Shown piece after piece: positions 17,741-25,537 of a DNA stretch of 32,000 nt (the first letter of the stretch is position 1; each line of letters begins with the position of its first letter). Below the pieces are notes generated by a model. That model searched no databases. It saw only the letters and a list, made by a program, of their open reading frames with translations, and had not been told where the DNA came from. Location: NCBI GenBank assembly GCA_963931495.1, contig OZ007020.1:570001-602000 (forward strand), given 5' to 3'. Source of the stretch: an uncultured Alphaproteobacteria bacterium. Lineage in GTDB: Bacteria; Pseudomonadota; Alphaproteobacteria; Rs-D84. A program made the translations under genes and the position numbers.

Positions 17741-17770
17741 AATGCCCGCCGTTTGGCGGGCATTTTGTTT
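17741..17770 (+). terminator. Terminator after the tRNA cluster
   Basis: 10-bp stem aatgcccgcc / ggcgggcatt with loop gttt and a T-rich tail. Confidence 0.7.
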
Positions 17771-17783
17771 GAATCTGGGGGGG

Positions 17784-18104
17784 TTATCTTAATCCCTTGG
17801 CGCGACAACACGCGGATGCCGCACTGCGCCAATCAGAATATTGTTTATGCGGATTGCGCAAATCTTGCCACGGTTGCCAACCATTGCATGACATGTTTTC
17901 GCCACGCTGGGTACATTTCACATAACGACGCAATGTGCAGGTTTGATTTGATACCTTGCCCGTGTCAGTGGTGCACTTTACAACAACAGTTTGATTTTTT
18001 GCATCGTTTTTGCCCATTTCTTTGGATGACAATAACTGGTATGCATCAGCCGAGCATACAGATACAAAAATCATACACAATGCGATAAAGTATTTTTTTA
18101 CCAT
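17784..18104 (-). CDS. Small (106 aa) Cys-rich secreted protein, uncharacterised
   Basis: Signal peptide MVKKYFIALCMIFVSVCSADA. The mature part has 8 Cys. It is the last gene of a co-directional cluster. Confidence 0.5.
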   Translation of the reverse strand: MVKKYFIALCMIFVSVCSADAYQLLSSKEMGKNDAKNQTVVVKCTTDTGKVSNQTCTLRRYVKCTQRGENMSCNGWQPWQDLRNPHKQYSDWRSAASACCRAKGLR

Positions 18105-18163
18105 GGCGCGCTTCCTTTGTATTCAGATTATACAATATGTAAATAAAAAAATACAATTGGTTT

Positions 18164-19876
18164 TTATTCGGGATGGGTTTCGTGTGTTGTCCATGGTTCG
18201 TCATTCATAACCAGGTAATACAATTCGGCAAATTCTGTACCAGGGTTACGTATCACGGGGCGGACAACAAAAATATCAACATTGCATGCATGATTGCCCT
18301 GCTCTGATTGTATTGCCATTAAATTAAAATGAAACTTATCTGCGAAATCCATTGCTTGCAGATACGCGGCATCGTCGTCAGACGGACTGACCGAATCACC
18401 GGCCCACATCAACCACATTCCATGGTTTACAACATTTTCTTGGCCCTGTAAATCATCGGCCGACAGCAATGTCAGTGGTTTGAATTCAATGTCGTTTGTG
18501 AATTCACCAGTGCTGGTTTCGGTCCAATCATACATACCCCCAACAAATCGCAGGGCGCCGTATATAAATCCGCCAGTCCTTTCCATACGGGCCAATGCGC
18601 CAATATTAGACATTGTTGATTGAAATAACCAATCACGAATACGCCCAGAAAATGAACTGCTGCGTGCAATTTTTGTTGCGTTACGAATTTGGCGCCCACC
18701 AGTGTTGGCCGCCCGAACCGCACGCCATGCACGTGCGACAATGTTTCCGCGTTGTGCCGTGCGTAATCCGCGCAATGCCCGCCGGTATTGATTTAATGAT
18801 GCGAATGTGTCTGATGCCTGGCGATAGCGACGCACGTCATCAGTATTTTCCAATGTGCGCATTGTTTGTGCGTAATTTTCAACTTCGGATAATTTGCGCG
18901 CGTACCCCGTTGCGTCGGCCACACGGTCAATTTGATTCAATTCGGACATTGCGCGCGCGTATTGTTGCGATGTGCGAATATAATTTGTTACAGATTCTGT
19001 TTGGCGCAATGTGCGCATTGTTTGGCTCAGTCCGTTTAACGTGCGGGATGCGCGTGCGGCCTTGGTCGTTCCCAGAATCGCAGTCCCAGTTCCCATTGTT
19101 GCAACGGTTATCGCAACGTCCAGTCCAATTTCCATATATGATATCCACCGTAAATCAGCGTCGCCGGCAACGTAATAATCATTTGTGTCATCTGGGATAT
19201 TCACGGTTTCGTGCATCGCCAGATTTATCATTTCGCGATTACCGGCAATTGCAGATTTGCTGGTGCATCGGTTACCATGCGGAAATATTTTATCAATGTT
19301 GTCATTTATGTACTGCATTGATATGGTGTTGTTTTTGCCGGGACCGATAAAGTCATCCAGACTGCCTGATTCAACAACCATTATTGCATACCATGCAGGG
19401 TCGGTATTCGTCCAAATGGAATCGTCGCCAGGCCCGCCAATAACTGGATTTGGATTATTGTCAGATGCCAGTGTGCGTCGTTCGGCCAATTTTATACGCT
19501 GGTTCAATATCTTTGGTTGTGTTTCATAGTTTATTTTGATATTGCGGCCAGTTGGAAATGTGTATTGTATCGTTTGTAATTTTATTGTTTCGTCATCAGA
19601 TGCATTGGCAAATTCAGGGCATGCAATTACGTGGCGCAGTACATCAGCATTTTGAAATGTTTGATATATCCATTGTTGGATTTTTGTTTCATCGTCTGAT
19701 GCGTCAACGGTGTTTGCTGTTTTAGCCAGTGCATTTGCAAATACAGTGGTGGAACACGATGTGTCTGGTTGTGCTGTGTCGCGGTGTATGTCGGGTATTG
19801 GTGTATTATCTGCGCAAAGCGCCACATTTGTGGCGCCAACAAAAATAACAAAAAATGTCAAAATTTTTTGCAGCAT
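18164..19876 (-). CDS. 570-aa exported protein, uncharacterised
   Basis: Signal peptide MLQKILTFFVIFVGATNVALCA. Central hydrophobic stretch IGLDVAITVATMGTGTAILG, then an Arg-rich helical region with an internal QTMRTL duplication. The start lies 3 nt after the upstream gene stop. Confidence 0.7.
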   Translation of the reverse strand: MLQKILTFFVIFVGATNVALCADNTPIPDIHRDTAQPDTSCSTTVFANALAKTANTVDASDDETKIQQWIYQTFQNADVLRHVIACPEFANASDDETIKLQTIQYTFPTGRNIKINYETQPKILNQRIKLAERRTLASDNNPNPVIGGPGDDSIWTNTDPAWYAIMVVESGSLDDFIGPGKNNTISMQYINDNIDKIFPHGNRCTSKSAIAGNREMINLAMHETVNIPDDTNDYYVAGDADLRWISYMEIGLDVAITVATMGTGTAILGTTKAARASRTLNGLSQTMRTLRQTESVTNYIRTSQQYARAMSELNQIDRVADATGYARKLSEVENYAQTMRTLENTDDVRRYRQASDTFASLNQYRRALRGLRTAQRGNIVARAWRAVRAANTGGRQIRNATKIARSSSFSGRIRDWLFQSTMSNIGALARMERTGGFIYGALRFVGGMYDWTETSTGEFTNDIEFKPLTLLSADDLQGQENVVNHGMWLMWAGDSVSPSDDDAAYLQAMDFADKFHFNLMAIQSEQGNHACNVDIFVVRPVIRNPGTEFAELYYLVMNDEPWTTHETHPE

Positions 19877-19879
19877 TAA

Positions 19880-21067
19880 TTACAGTCCTGATACACTGCC
19901 GATTGATTGACCACATGTATCAATGATGCGTTGGCGTTCGCTTGATATACGCCGTATCAATTCATCATATGGATCTTGTGTCGGATTATTCGGCTTTGTA
20001 TATGGTGGAACCGGTACCGTTGTGCCCGATTGAACACATGTATTACCAGAACGTGTATAGCCATCAATACATGTCCATGTATAGCAAATATTTGTGGTGT
20101 CTGGAATATATTTTATATATGATTCAATTCCCACCGCAGGTTCTGTTTCGCCGGCACAGAAACGGGTTGTGCATTCGGGGGTCCAAAAATCGTTGCGGAA
20201 CATGCTTTGCGGCCAAGATGCTTCGGTATCAGACCATGTGGTGTTATCTTTCATTTTCCCTTGCAAGCATTGGCGGACCATTGGTTCAACAGGTGTCGGT
20301 GCAGCGGCATCGGCGGGTGCGCCACAAAACATATAATCACCAATGTTGGCCAGCCGTTCGCCCTTGTTGAATACGGTGTTGCAACATGTAAATTGTCTGG
20401 TTATCGGGTCGTATAGACAATCTGTTTCTGAAAATAATTGGGATCCAGCAACCAGTCCACCAACCAGTGCGCCGGCACCAACGGCGGCCCCATATCCAAT
20501 TTGACCAAGCACAGGTATTGCATTGACCACAGCGGCCCCACCCGCAGCGGCGGTGGCGCCACTGACCACGCCCTGGACAACGTCGCCCCACGAATGTTCA
20601 TCGTTACCAGATGCGGCATTTATTACACCGGCGGTTCCCGCCACTGCGCCAACCGCACCCAGTGCCCCGGTTGCAAGATTGCGTGCATTTATGCGGGGGC
20701 CGCCCTGGTTTTGTGGGGATGTGTTCCCCATGGGTGGAACAACGGGTGGAACATTGCCGGCGGATGTGGCCCCGGCGGCAACATTTGTGTTACCTGTGAC
20801 AGATGCGCCCGATGTTCGTTGTTGGGCCGGGATTGATTCATCAATGGATACAATTTTTGACCCGGCGGTGGTCGGTGCGTTAAGGCGCATCCCAGTGTCG
20901 CGATTACGATAATTTAATGTTTGGCCATCGTCACCAACGGTTAATGTTGCCTGGCGGGTTGTTTGCTGCCATGCATCTGGATTAGAAATATTTGATATAT
21001 CCAGTGCAAACGCCGATGATGTTGCGAATAATGCCACGACAGTGAAAGAAGCAATTTGATGTTTCAT
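19880..21067 (-). CDS. 395-aa exported protein with glycine-zipper region and Cys-rich C-terminal domain, uncharacterised
   Basis: Signal peptide MKHQIASFTVVALFATSSAFA. A Gly/Ala-rich zipper follows (GALGAVGAVAGTAGV...GAAVGAGALVGGLVAG). The C-terminal domain has 12 Cys, including TCIDGYTRSGNTC. Confidence 0.7.
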   Translation of the reverse strand: MKHQIASFTVVALFATSSAFALDISNISNPDAWQQTTRQATLTVGDDGQTLNYRNRDTGMRLNAPTTAGSKIVSIDESIPAQQRTSGASVTGNTNVAAGATSAGNVPPVVPPMGNTSPQNQGGPRINARNLATGALGAVGAVAGTAGVINAASGNDEHSWGDVVQGVVSGATAAAGGAAVVNAIPVLGQIGYGAAVGAGALVGGLVAGSQLFSETDCLYDPITRQFTCCNTVFNKGERLANIGDYMFCGAPADAAAPTPVEPMVRQCLQGKMKDNTTWSDTEASWPQSMFRNDFWTPECTTRFCAGETEPAVGIESYIKYIPDTTNICYTWTCIDGYTRSGNTCVQSGTTVPVPPYTKPNNPTQDPYDELIRRISSERQRIIDTCGQSIGSVSGL

Positions 21068-21070
21068 ATT

Positions 21071-21976
21071 TTAATACTTTCCATTTAATTGGGCCAGACA
21101 ATCTGAAATTGGAATCCCAGAATCACGACATTTTTGCGCCGTTGCCAAATCTGCATCAATTATAGACAGGCGGGCGATTTCCTTGGTACAGAATGCGTTT
21201 ACGCGGTTATTGTAATCTTCTTCGCTTTCAATGGTTATTGTGCGATATGCGGATGCGTCTTTGTACGGGGCGTATCCTGCCGCGTCATTTTGCATGCGTT
21301 CGGTAAATGATAAATCCGCCGCCGTTGTGGGAAATGCCGTTGCCACCAACACAGAATCACCGGTGCTGTTCGCAGATTGTAAATTTTTTAATTCTTGTTC
21401 GCGTTGTAATTTTTCCAGTGCCCATGGTTCGCCGTTCCATACCGGTAACTGTTGCTGGTACGGGTTTTGAAACTGAACCCCCTGTTGCGTTGCCGCGGTA
21501 TTCGGACCGGTTGCCGTTGGGAATGCAACCGTCGTTCCAGTTGGTGCCGCAATCGCATTTTCAGATACGTATTTTTCAAATTCAGTATCAATATATCCGC
21601 CACATGGTGTTACATAGTTATGATTTGGTAAACTGGCCAATTGGACGGTCAGTGTCGGGCGGGCGTCATCCACGTCCACACCAACACAATTATTGCGCGA
21701 CGCACAGTATGATGCCACCAGTGCACCGACAATCGCCTGGCAATCAGCGGTTGATACGTCAGTACCCTGGGCATATACGGGAACTGGCATGCGTTGGTTA
21801 TACGGACTGTCCGGGTTCCAGAATGGATTTGATGAATAATTCTGTACGTTCTGTATCTGGCCATACTGGGAAAATGGCGACGGTGTCGTTGTTGTATTAA
21901 TCGTTGTCGCAGTGGCCGAATTCATTATCCCGACAATAAATGCGCACACAGATGCAGATAAAATACGTATTTTCAT
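21071..21976 (-). CDS. 301-aa exported protein, uncharacterised
   Basis: Signal peptide MKIRILSASVCAFIVGIMNSATA. The mature part has 8 Cys. The gene ends 3 nt before the next gene start. Confidence 0.65.
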   Translation of the reverse strand: MKIRILSASVCAFIVGIMNSATATTINTTTTPSPFSQYGQIQNVQNYSSNPFWNPDSPYNQRMPVPVYAQGTDVSTADCQAIVGALVASYCASRNNCVGVDVDDARPTLTVQLASLPNHNYVTPCGGYIDTEFEKYVSENAIAAPTGTTVAFPTATGPNTAATQQGVQFQNPYQQQLPVWNGEPWALEKLQREQELKNLQSANSTGDSVLVATAFPTTAADLSFTERMQNDAAGYAPYKDASAYRTITIESEEDYNNRVNAFCTKEIARLSIIDADLATAQKCRDSGIPISDCLAQLNGKY

Positions 21977-22009
21977 TCCCCCCGTCCATTTTTTCTTTGT
22001 TTCATAGTA

Positions 22010-22477
22010 TTATATCAAAAACCAGATTATAATTAAAGACAAAATTCCACCACCGATAAAGAAAGGTGCAAACGGGATGTATTTTTGTTTTCGGGTTCCG
22101 CCCCATAACAATCCGGCAATACATGCCAAGGCCAGCGCGATTGCCAGTCCTGTTATCCCCAACCATAATCCGCCCACAGATATTAATTTTATATCCCCCA
22201 TTCCGATCGGAATATCGGACTTGTTGTGGTGTTTGTTTCGCATGCTGAATATCAAACCAATTACGGTGGTTAATACGTATCCAAAGATAGCGGCGATTAC
22301 GGCGTCGGCAATATCAATCGGCCACGGAAAGAAATTTATGATTGTTAATCCAATCAGCATCATCGGAAACAGGTATGCGTCGGGGATAATTCTGCGCCGC
22401 CAATCAGCAACAGAAATGCGCCATGCGCACCATGCGGCTGTGACCAGTAATAAAACAAAAAAGATGGTATAAAACAT
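22010..22477 (-). CDS. A24-family prepilin (type IV/Flp) signal peptidase, CpaA/TadV-like short form
   Basis: Polytopic, 155 aa. The first catalytic Asp sits in RRIIPD and the second in GMGDIKL (GxGDxKL), with a C-terminal IPFAPFF motif. There is no methyltransferase domain. Confidence 0.75.
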   Translation of the reverse strand: MFYTIFFVLLLVTAAWCAWRISVADWRRRIIPDAYLFPMMLIGLTIINFFPWPIDIADAVIAAIFGYVLTTVIGLIFSMRNKHHNKSDIPIGMGDIKLISVGGLWLGITGLAIALALACIAGLLWGGTRKQKYIPFAPFFIGGGILSLIIIWFLI

Positions 22478-22550
22478 ATTTTTCCCCCTTGCCTTTCGAT
22501 TCGAATTTATGTTACAATTATGTCAGTATGTATAACAAGGATTTTTTGAA

Positions 22551-23078
22551 ATGAGTAAAGGCTGGGACAGCGCAACACTGAAAAAATTAAAAGCATTAAC
22601 AGGCAAAGGGTTGTCAACATCTGAAATTGGCAGACGTTTGGGAATGTCTAAGAATGCGGTTGTTGGTAAATTGAACAGATTGGGATGGAATTCCAAGGCG
22701 GGCGGTGTCAGTGCCACAACCAAGGCGCCGGTGTCCAAAAAGGCGGACAAGGTTACATCAAAAAAAGGTGCCAGTACAAAGAAAACATCGGTCGCCAAAC
22801 AATCAACTAAATCTGGGGGCGCGGGCAAAAAAGCGTCTGGGGTGGCGTCGTCACGCGGGACGCGTTCTGTGAATAATAATCTGGCAATGCACCAGCGTAT
22901 CATCCAGCATTCATTAGAAATGGCGAACTTAAAGCCAAATCAATGTCGTTGGCCAATCGGTGATCCGGATTCCGAAGGGTTCCATTTTTGTGGTGCGCCT
23001 GTATTTGTTGGCAAGCCGTATTGTTACGAACATTGCAAACAGGCATATCAATTTACACCGCCAAAGAAAAAGCAATAA
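22551..23078 (+). CDS. gcrA: GcrA cell-cycle regulator
   Basis: WDSATLKKLKALTGKGLSTSEIGRRLGMSKNAVVGKLNRLGW is the GcrA N-terminal DNA-binding domain. A basic linker follows, then C-terminal CRWPIGDP...FHFCG...PYCYEHC, the conserved GcrA C-terminal motif. Confidence 0.9.
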   Translation: MSKGWDSATLKKLKALTGKGLSTSEIGRRLGMSKNAVVGKLNRLGWNSKAGGVSATTKAPVSKKADKVTSKKGASTKKTSVAKQSTKSGGAGKKASGVASSRGTRSVNNNLAMHQRIIQHSLEMANLKPNQCRWPIGDPDSEGFHFCGAPVFVGKPYCYEHCKQAYQFTPPKKKQ

Positions 23079-23093
23079 GTGGGGTGTCATTAT

Positions 23094-25310
23094 ATGACAA
23101 GCGAGAGGGAAAATATGAATTCTGTTTTAACACCGCGGGAATATGACATTGCCGGCAATTCTTTTCGTGCGTACCGTGATTCAGATGGCAAGTTGGTGTT
23201 CGTTATTGATAATACGTTAAATGAACGTAAAACGAATGTGATGCTGGTTATAAATCCTGTGGGTGACAGAAAATGGGATGATATTTTGGCGAATGATTAC
23301 GCCGTTGATTTAGAAACAGTTCGCCCAAAGAAAGATAATAAATATCAAAAACTGGATATTGAATACAGCGGATTGGCGGAATATGATGATTTAATTCGTG
23401 CATACGAAAACGGCGATGATTTAACCAGTGCGCTGGGGGCATTGGCGCGTTTTCGGGATGCGTCGGTGCGTCGGGCGGCGATGGAACGGTTGTCGGTGGC
23501 CGAAGCAAATGCCGCGCGTGCGCGCGATACAATATTAAAAACAAATGATTCAATTGCCGAATTGCGTGTGCGGTTGCGTCAGTTGCGTCGTACATTGGCA
23601 AATCAAAAAAATCAAATTGGGCGCGAGCCAACAAAACAATCTGCATCAAAAATATTACGAACAGATGCGCAAATTGATGCCATAAATGAAAAATTGCGTC
23701 GCGCGGAACGTCGCCTGGACAATGCCCAGCGGCGGTTGGTTGTCGCTGATGAAGATGCCGCAGTGGCACGGAATATTTTGGCATGTGACCCGGTCGCGGG
23801 GGATTCTGGGGTGGGCGTAACGTCGGTGATTGATGTTCTGCGTCCGCATGATGTGGATGTTCAAAACCAAAATTTGCCGGTAATTCAGCCGCGTAATGAT
23901 TTGATTGCAACAACCCCGGTCCCAGATGCGGATGTATCGGATGTGGATGCACCGGATGGCGATGTTGTTGACCCAGGTGCGTCTGGTGATGCGGAATATA
24001 ATGTTGACTATGACCAGGATTTTAATGTAAATATAACAGAACAACCAAAGGCGGATATGATGGCCGAAGAAGATGTAAAACCACTGTTTGATAAAAATCC
24101 AGAAATTCTGGACGAAGAAATTGCGTTTAAGCCAATTCAGTTTGGTGTTTCCAGTCCGGTGTCGGATGAACAAAATCAATCAGACGTGTCGTCTGGGGAT
24201 AATAATGATGTTTTATCAGGGGCGCCATTATCATTTACGCCGCCGGCGGAAAGTAAGCCCAGTGTAACGAATGATGCGTCGCCATCAGATAATCAATACG
24301 CGCAACAACCGTCCCCTGTGCTGGACAGTTTGTCTGCGGTTGGTGCAACCCCGGCCCCAGAAACAAATGTAGAACAAACAAACGATGTTGTACAACCGGC
24401 GGCGCCGTCGGCGGCCAACAGACCGGCACCTGTGATGCCAAATGTTGCGCCGGAAAATACGTTGGGCAACAACATTCCAAACAATAATTATGTTAATGAA
24501 AATTCACAGACTGTGCCTGCACCGGCTGGGGGTGCGCCAATTGCAAATGCGCCCCGCCCTGTGTCGCCAATAACTGGTACACCGGCACCAACAAATCCGG
24601 CACCACGTCGTCCGACGGCAATATATTACATAATGTTAGTATTGTTGATTGCGTTATCGGTATTTACGTTGTGGCTGTACCAGAAAAATACGAATGATGG
24701 TTCGCCTGACTTGACGGCAACGGTACCGCCAGCCGAAGAAAATGTTGCGGTGGATGTGGTTGTTGATGACGTGGACAGCCCGTTTGTGCCAACCATAACA
24801 ACAACGGACACGGAACCAGATGTGGTCACCACGGTTGTCGCAGATGTGGCCCCGGATACTGGGGACATGGTGGAATCGGTTGTTGCACCGGAAACTGTCC
24901 AGGATGTTGACATTGAACCGGTCGCGGAATTAATTCCAGAACCAGAACCGGTTGTCGTCCCGGAACCTGTGCAAGATGTCCCGCCGGTCATAGAAACAAC
25001 AACCGTGGCACCGGTTGTGACGCCGGCACCGATACTGGAACCAGAACCAGTTGTTATTGAAAGCGAAGAAGAAATATTGGCAAACAAGCCGGCATATAAT
25101 GTTTCACAAAATGAAAACATGTTTGTTGCCGACCCAGAATATGAAACAGAAACACAGTATACTGTGACGCAAGATTTGCCAAAATGCCCAGACGGTTCGG
25201 CACCCGATATGAATGGGTGTTGCCCGGGCGAGATATATACGGATCTGGGGGCGGCTGGGTTTAATTGTTGTCCGGAAACGGGCGGTGATTGTTTCCCGCC
25301 ATTGTTATAA
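23094..25310 (+). CDS. Large bitopic protein: coiled-coil N-domain, acidic/Pro-rich disordered region, one TM, PEV-rich spacer, C-terminal Cys cluster; uncharacterised
   Basis: The ORF abuts the gcrA stop. Candidate starts are GTG 23079, ATG 23094 and ATG 23115, the last preceded by agaggga. TM segment IYYIMLVLLIALSVFTLWLY is at about 24619-24681. The protein ends CPDGSAPDMNGCCPGEIYTDLGAAGFNCCPETGGDCFPPLL. Confidence 0.7.
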   Translation: MTSERENMNSVLTPREYDIAGNSFRAYRDSDGKLVFVIDNTLNERKTNVMLVINPVGDRKWDDILANDYAVDLETVRPKKDNKYQKLDIEYSGLAEYDDLIRAYENGDDLTSALGALARFRDASVRRAAMERLSVAEANAARARDTILKTNDSIAELRVRLRQLRRTLANQKNQIGREPTKQSASKILRTDAQIDAINEKLRRAERRLDNAQRRLVVADEDAAVARNILACDPVAGDSGVGVTSVIDVLRPHDVDVQNQNLPVIQPRNDLIATTPVPDADVSDVDAPDGDVVDPGASGDAEYNVDYDQDFNVNITEQPKADMMAEEDVKPLFDKNPEILDEEIAFKPIQFGVSSPVSDEQNQSDVSSGDNNDVLSGAPLSFTPPAESKPSVTNDASPSDNQYAQQPSPVLDSLSAVGATPAPETNVEQTNDVVQPAAPSAANRPAPVMPNVAPENTLGNNIPNNNYVNENSQTVPAPAGGAPIANAPRPVSPITGTPAPTNPAPRRPTAIYYIMLVLLIALSVFTLWLYQKNTNDGSPDLTATVPPAEENVAVDVVVDDVDSPFVPTITTTDTEPDVVTTVVADVAPDTGDMVESVVAPETVQDVDIEPVAELIPEPEPVVVPEPVQDVPPVIETTTVAPVVTPAPILEPEPVVIESEEEILANKPAYNVSQNENMFVADPEYETETQYTVTQDLPKCPDGSAPDMNGCCPGEIYTDLGAAGFNCCPETGGDCFPPLL

Positions 25311-25339
25311 AAAATCTGCGCGAATGCGCAGATTTTTTA
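25311..25339 (+). terminator. Rho-independent terminator after the 743-aa gene
   Basis: 11-bp stem aaaatctgcgc / gcgcagatttt (25311-25321 / 25326-25336) with a 4-nt loop and a T-run. Confidence 0.75.
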
Positions 25340-25369
25340 TCGGTATATCAAATATCGGATTGATTTTTG

Positions 25370-25399
25370 TTGATTTGTTTTTGGCAGATTTGGTATAAT
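25370..25399 (+). promoter_or_regulatory. Strong sigma70-like promoter with extended -10 upstream of Cys-rich gene P2
   Basis: TTGATT (25370-25375), an 18-nt spacer, then TGgTATAAT (TG 25391-25392, TATAAT 25394-25399). The predicted start near 25406 places both boxes in the leader. Confidence 0.55.
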
Positions 25400-25426
25400 T
25401 CACCGCGTGAAAGTGATGATATTTAT

Positions 25427-25537
25427 GCCTAATCTAAACCACCGTTTATAATGGCGATTTTTATTTTTGTAAAAATCCCAGAATTCTGCATTTTTTGTCC
25501 CCCACTTTTTGCCGAATCTAAACGGTGGTTTAGATTC
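25427..25537. repeat. Second inverted pair of the TAAACGGTGGTTTA box (18-bp arms; right copy is a perfect 24-bp palindrome)
   Basis: 25431-25448 aatctaaaccaccgttta is the reverse complement of 25519-25536 taaacggtggtttagatt. 25514-25537 gaatctaaacGGTGgtttagattc is self-complementary. 25511-25532 is identical to 5323-5344. Confidence 0.9.

Noticed and set aside
23248-25120. Minus-strand ORFs of 164-234 aa inside the 743-aa gene
   Set aside because: They are antisense to a long continuous ORF with coherent domain architecture. Their composition (His/Pro or Thr/Ser/Gly runs) mirrors the sense-strand repeats.
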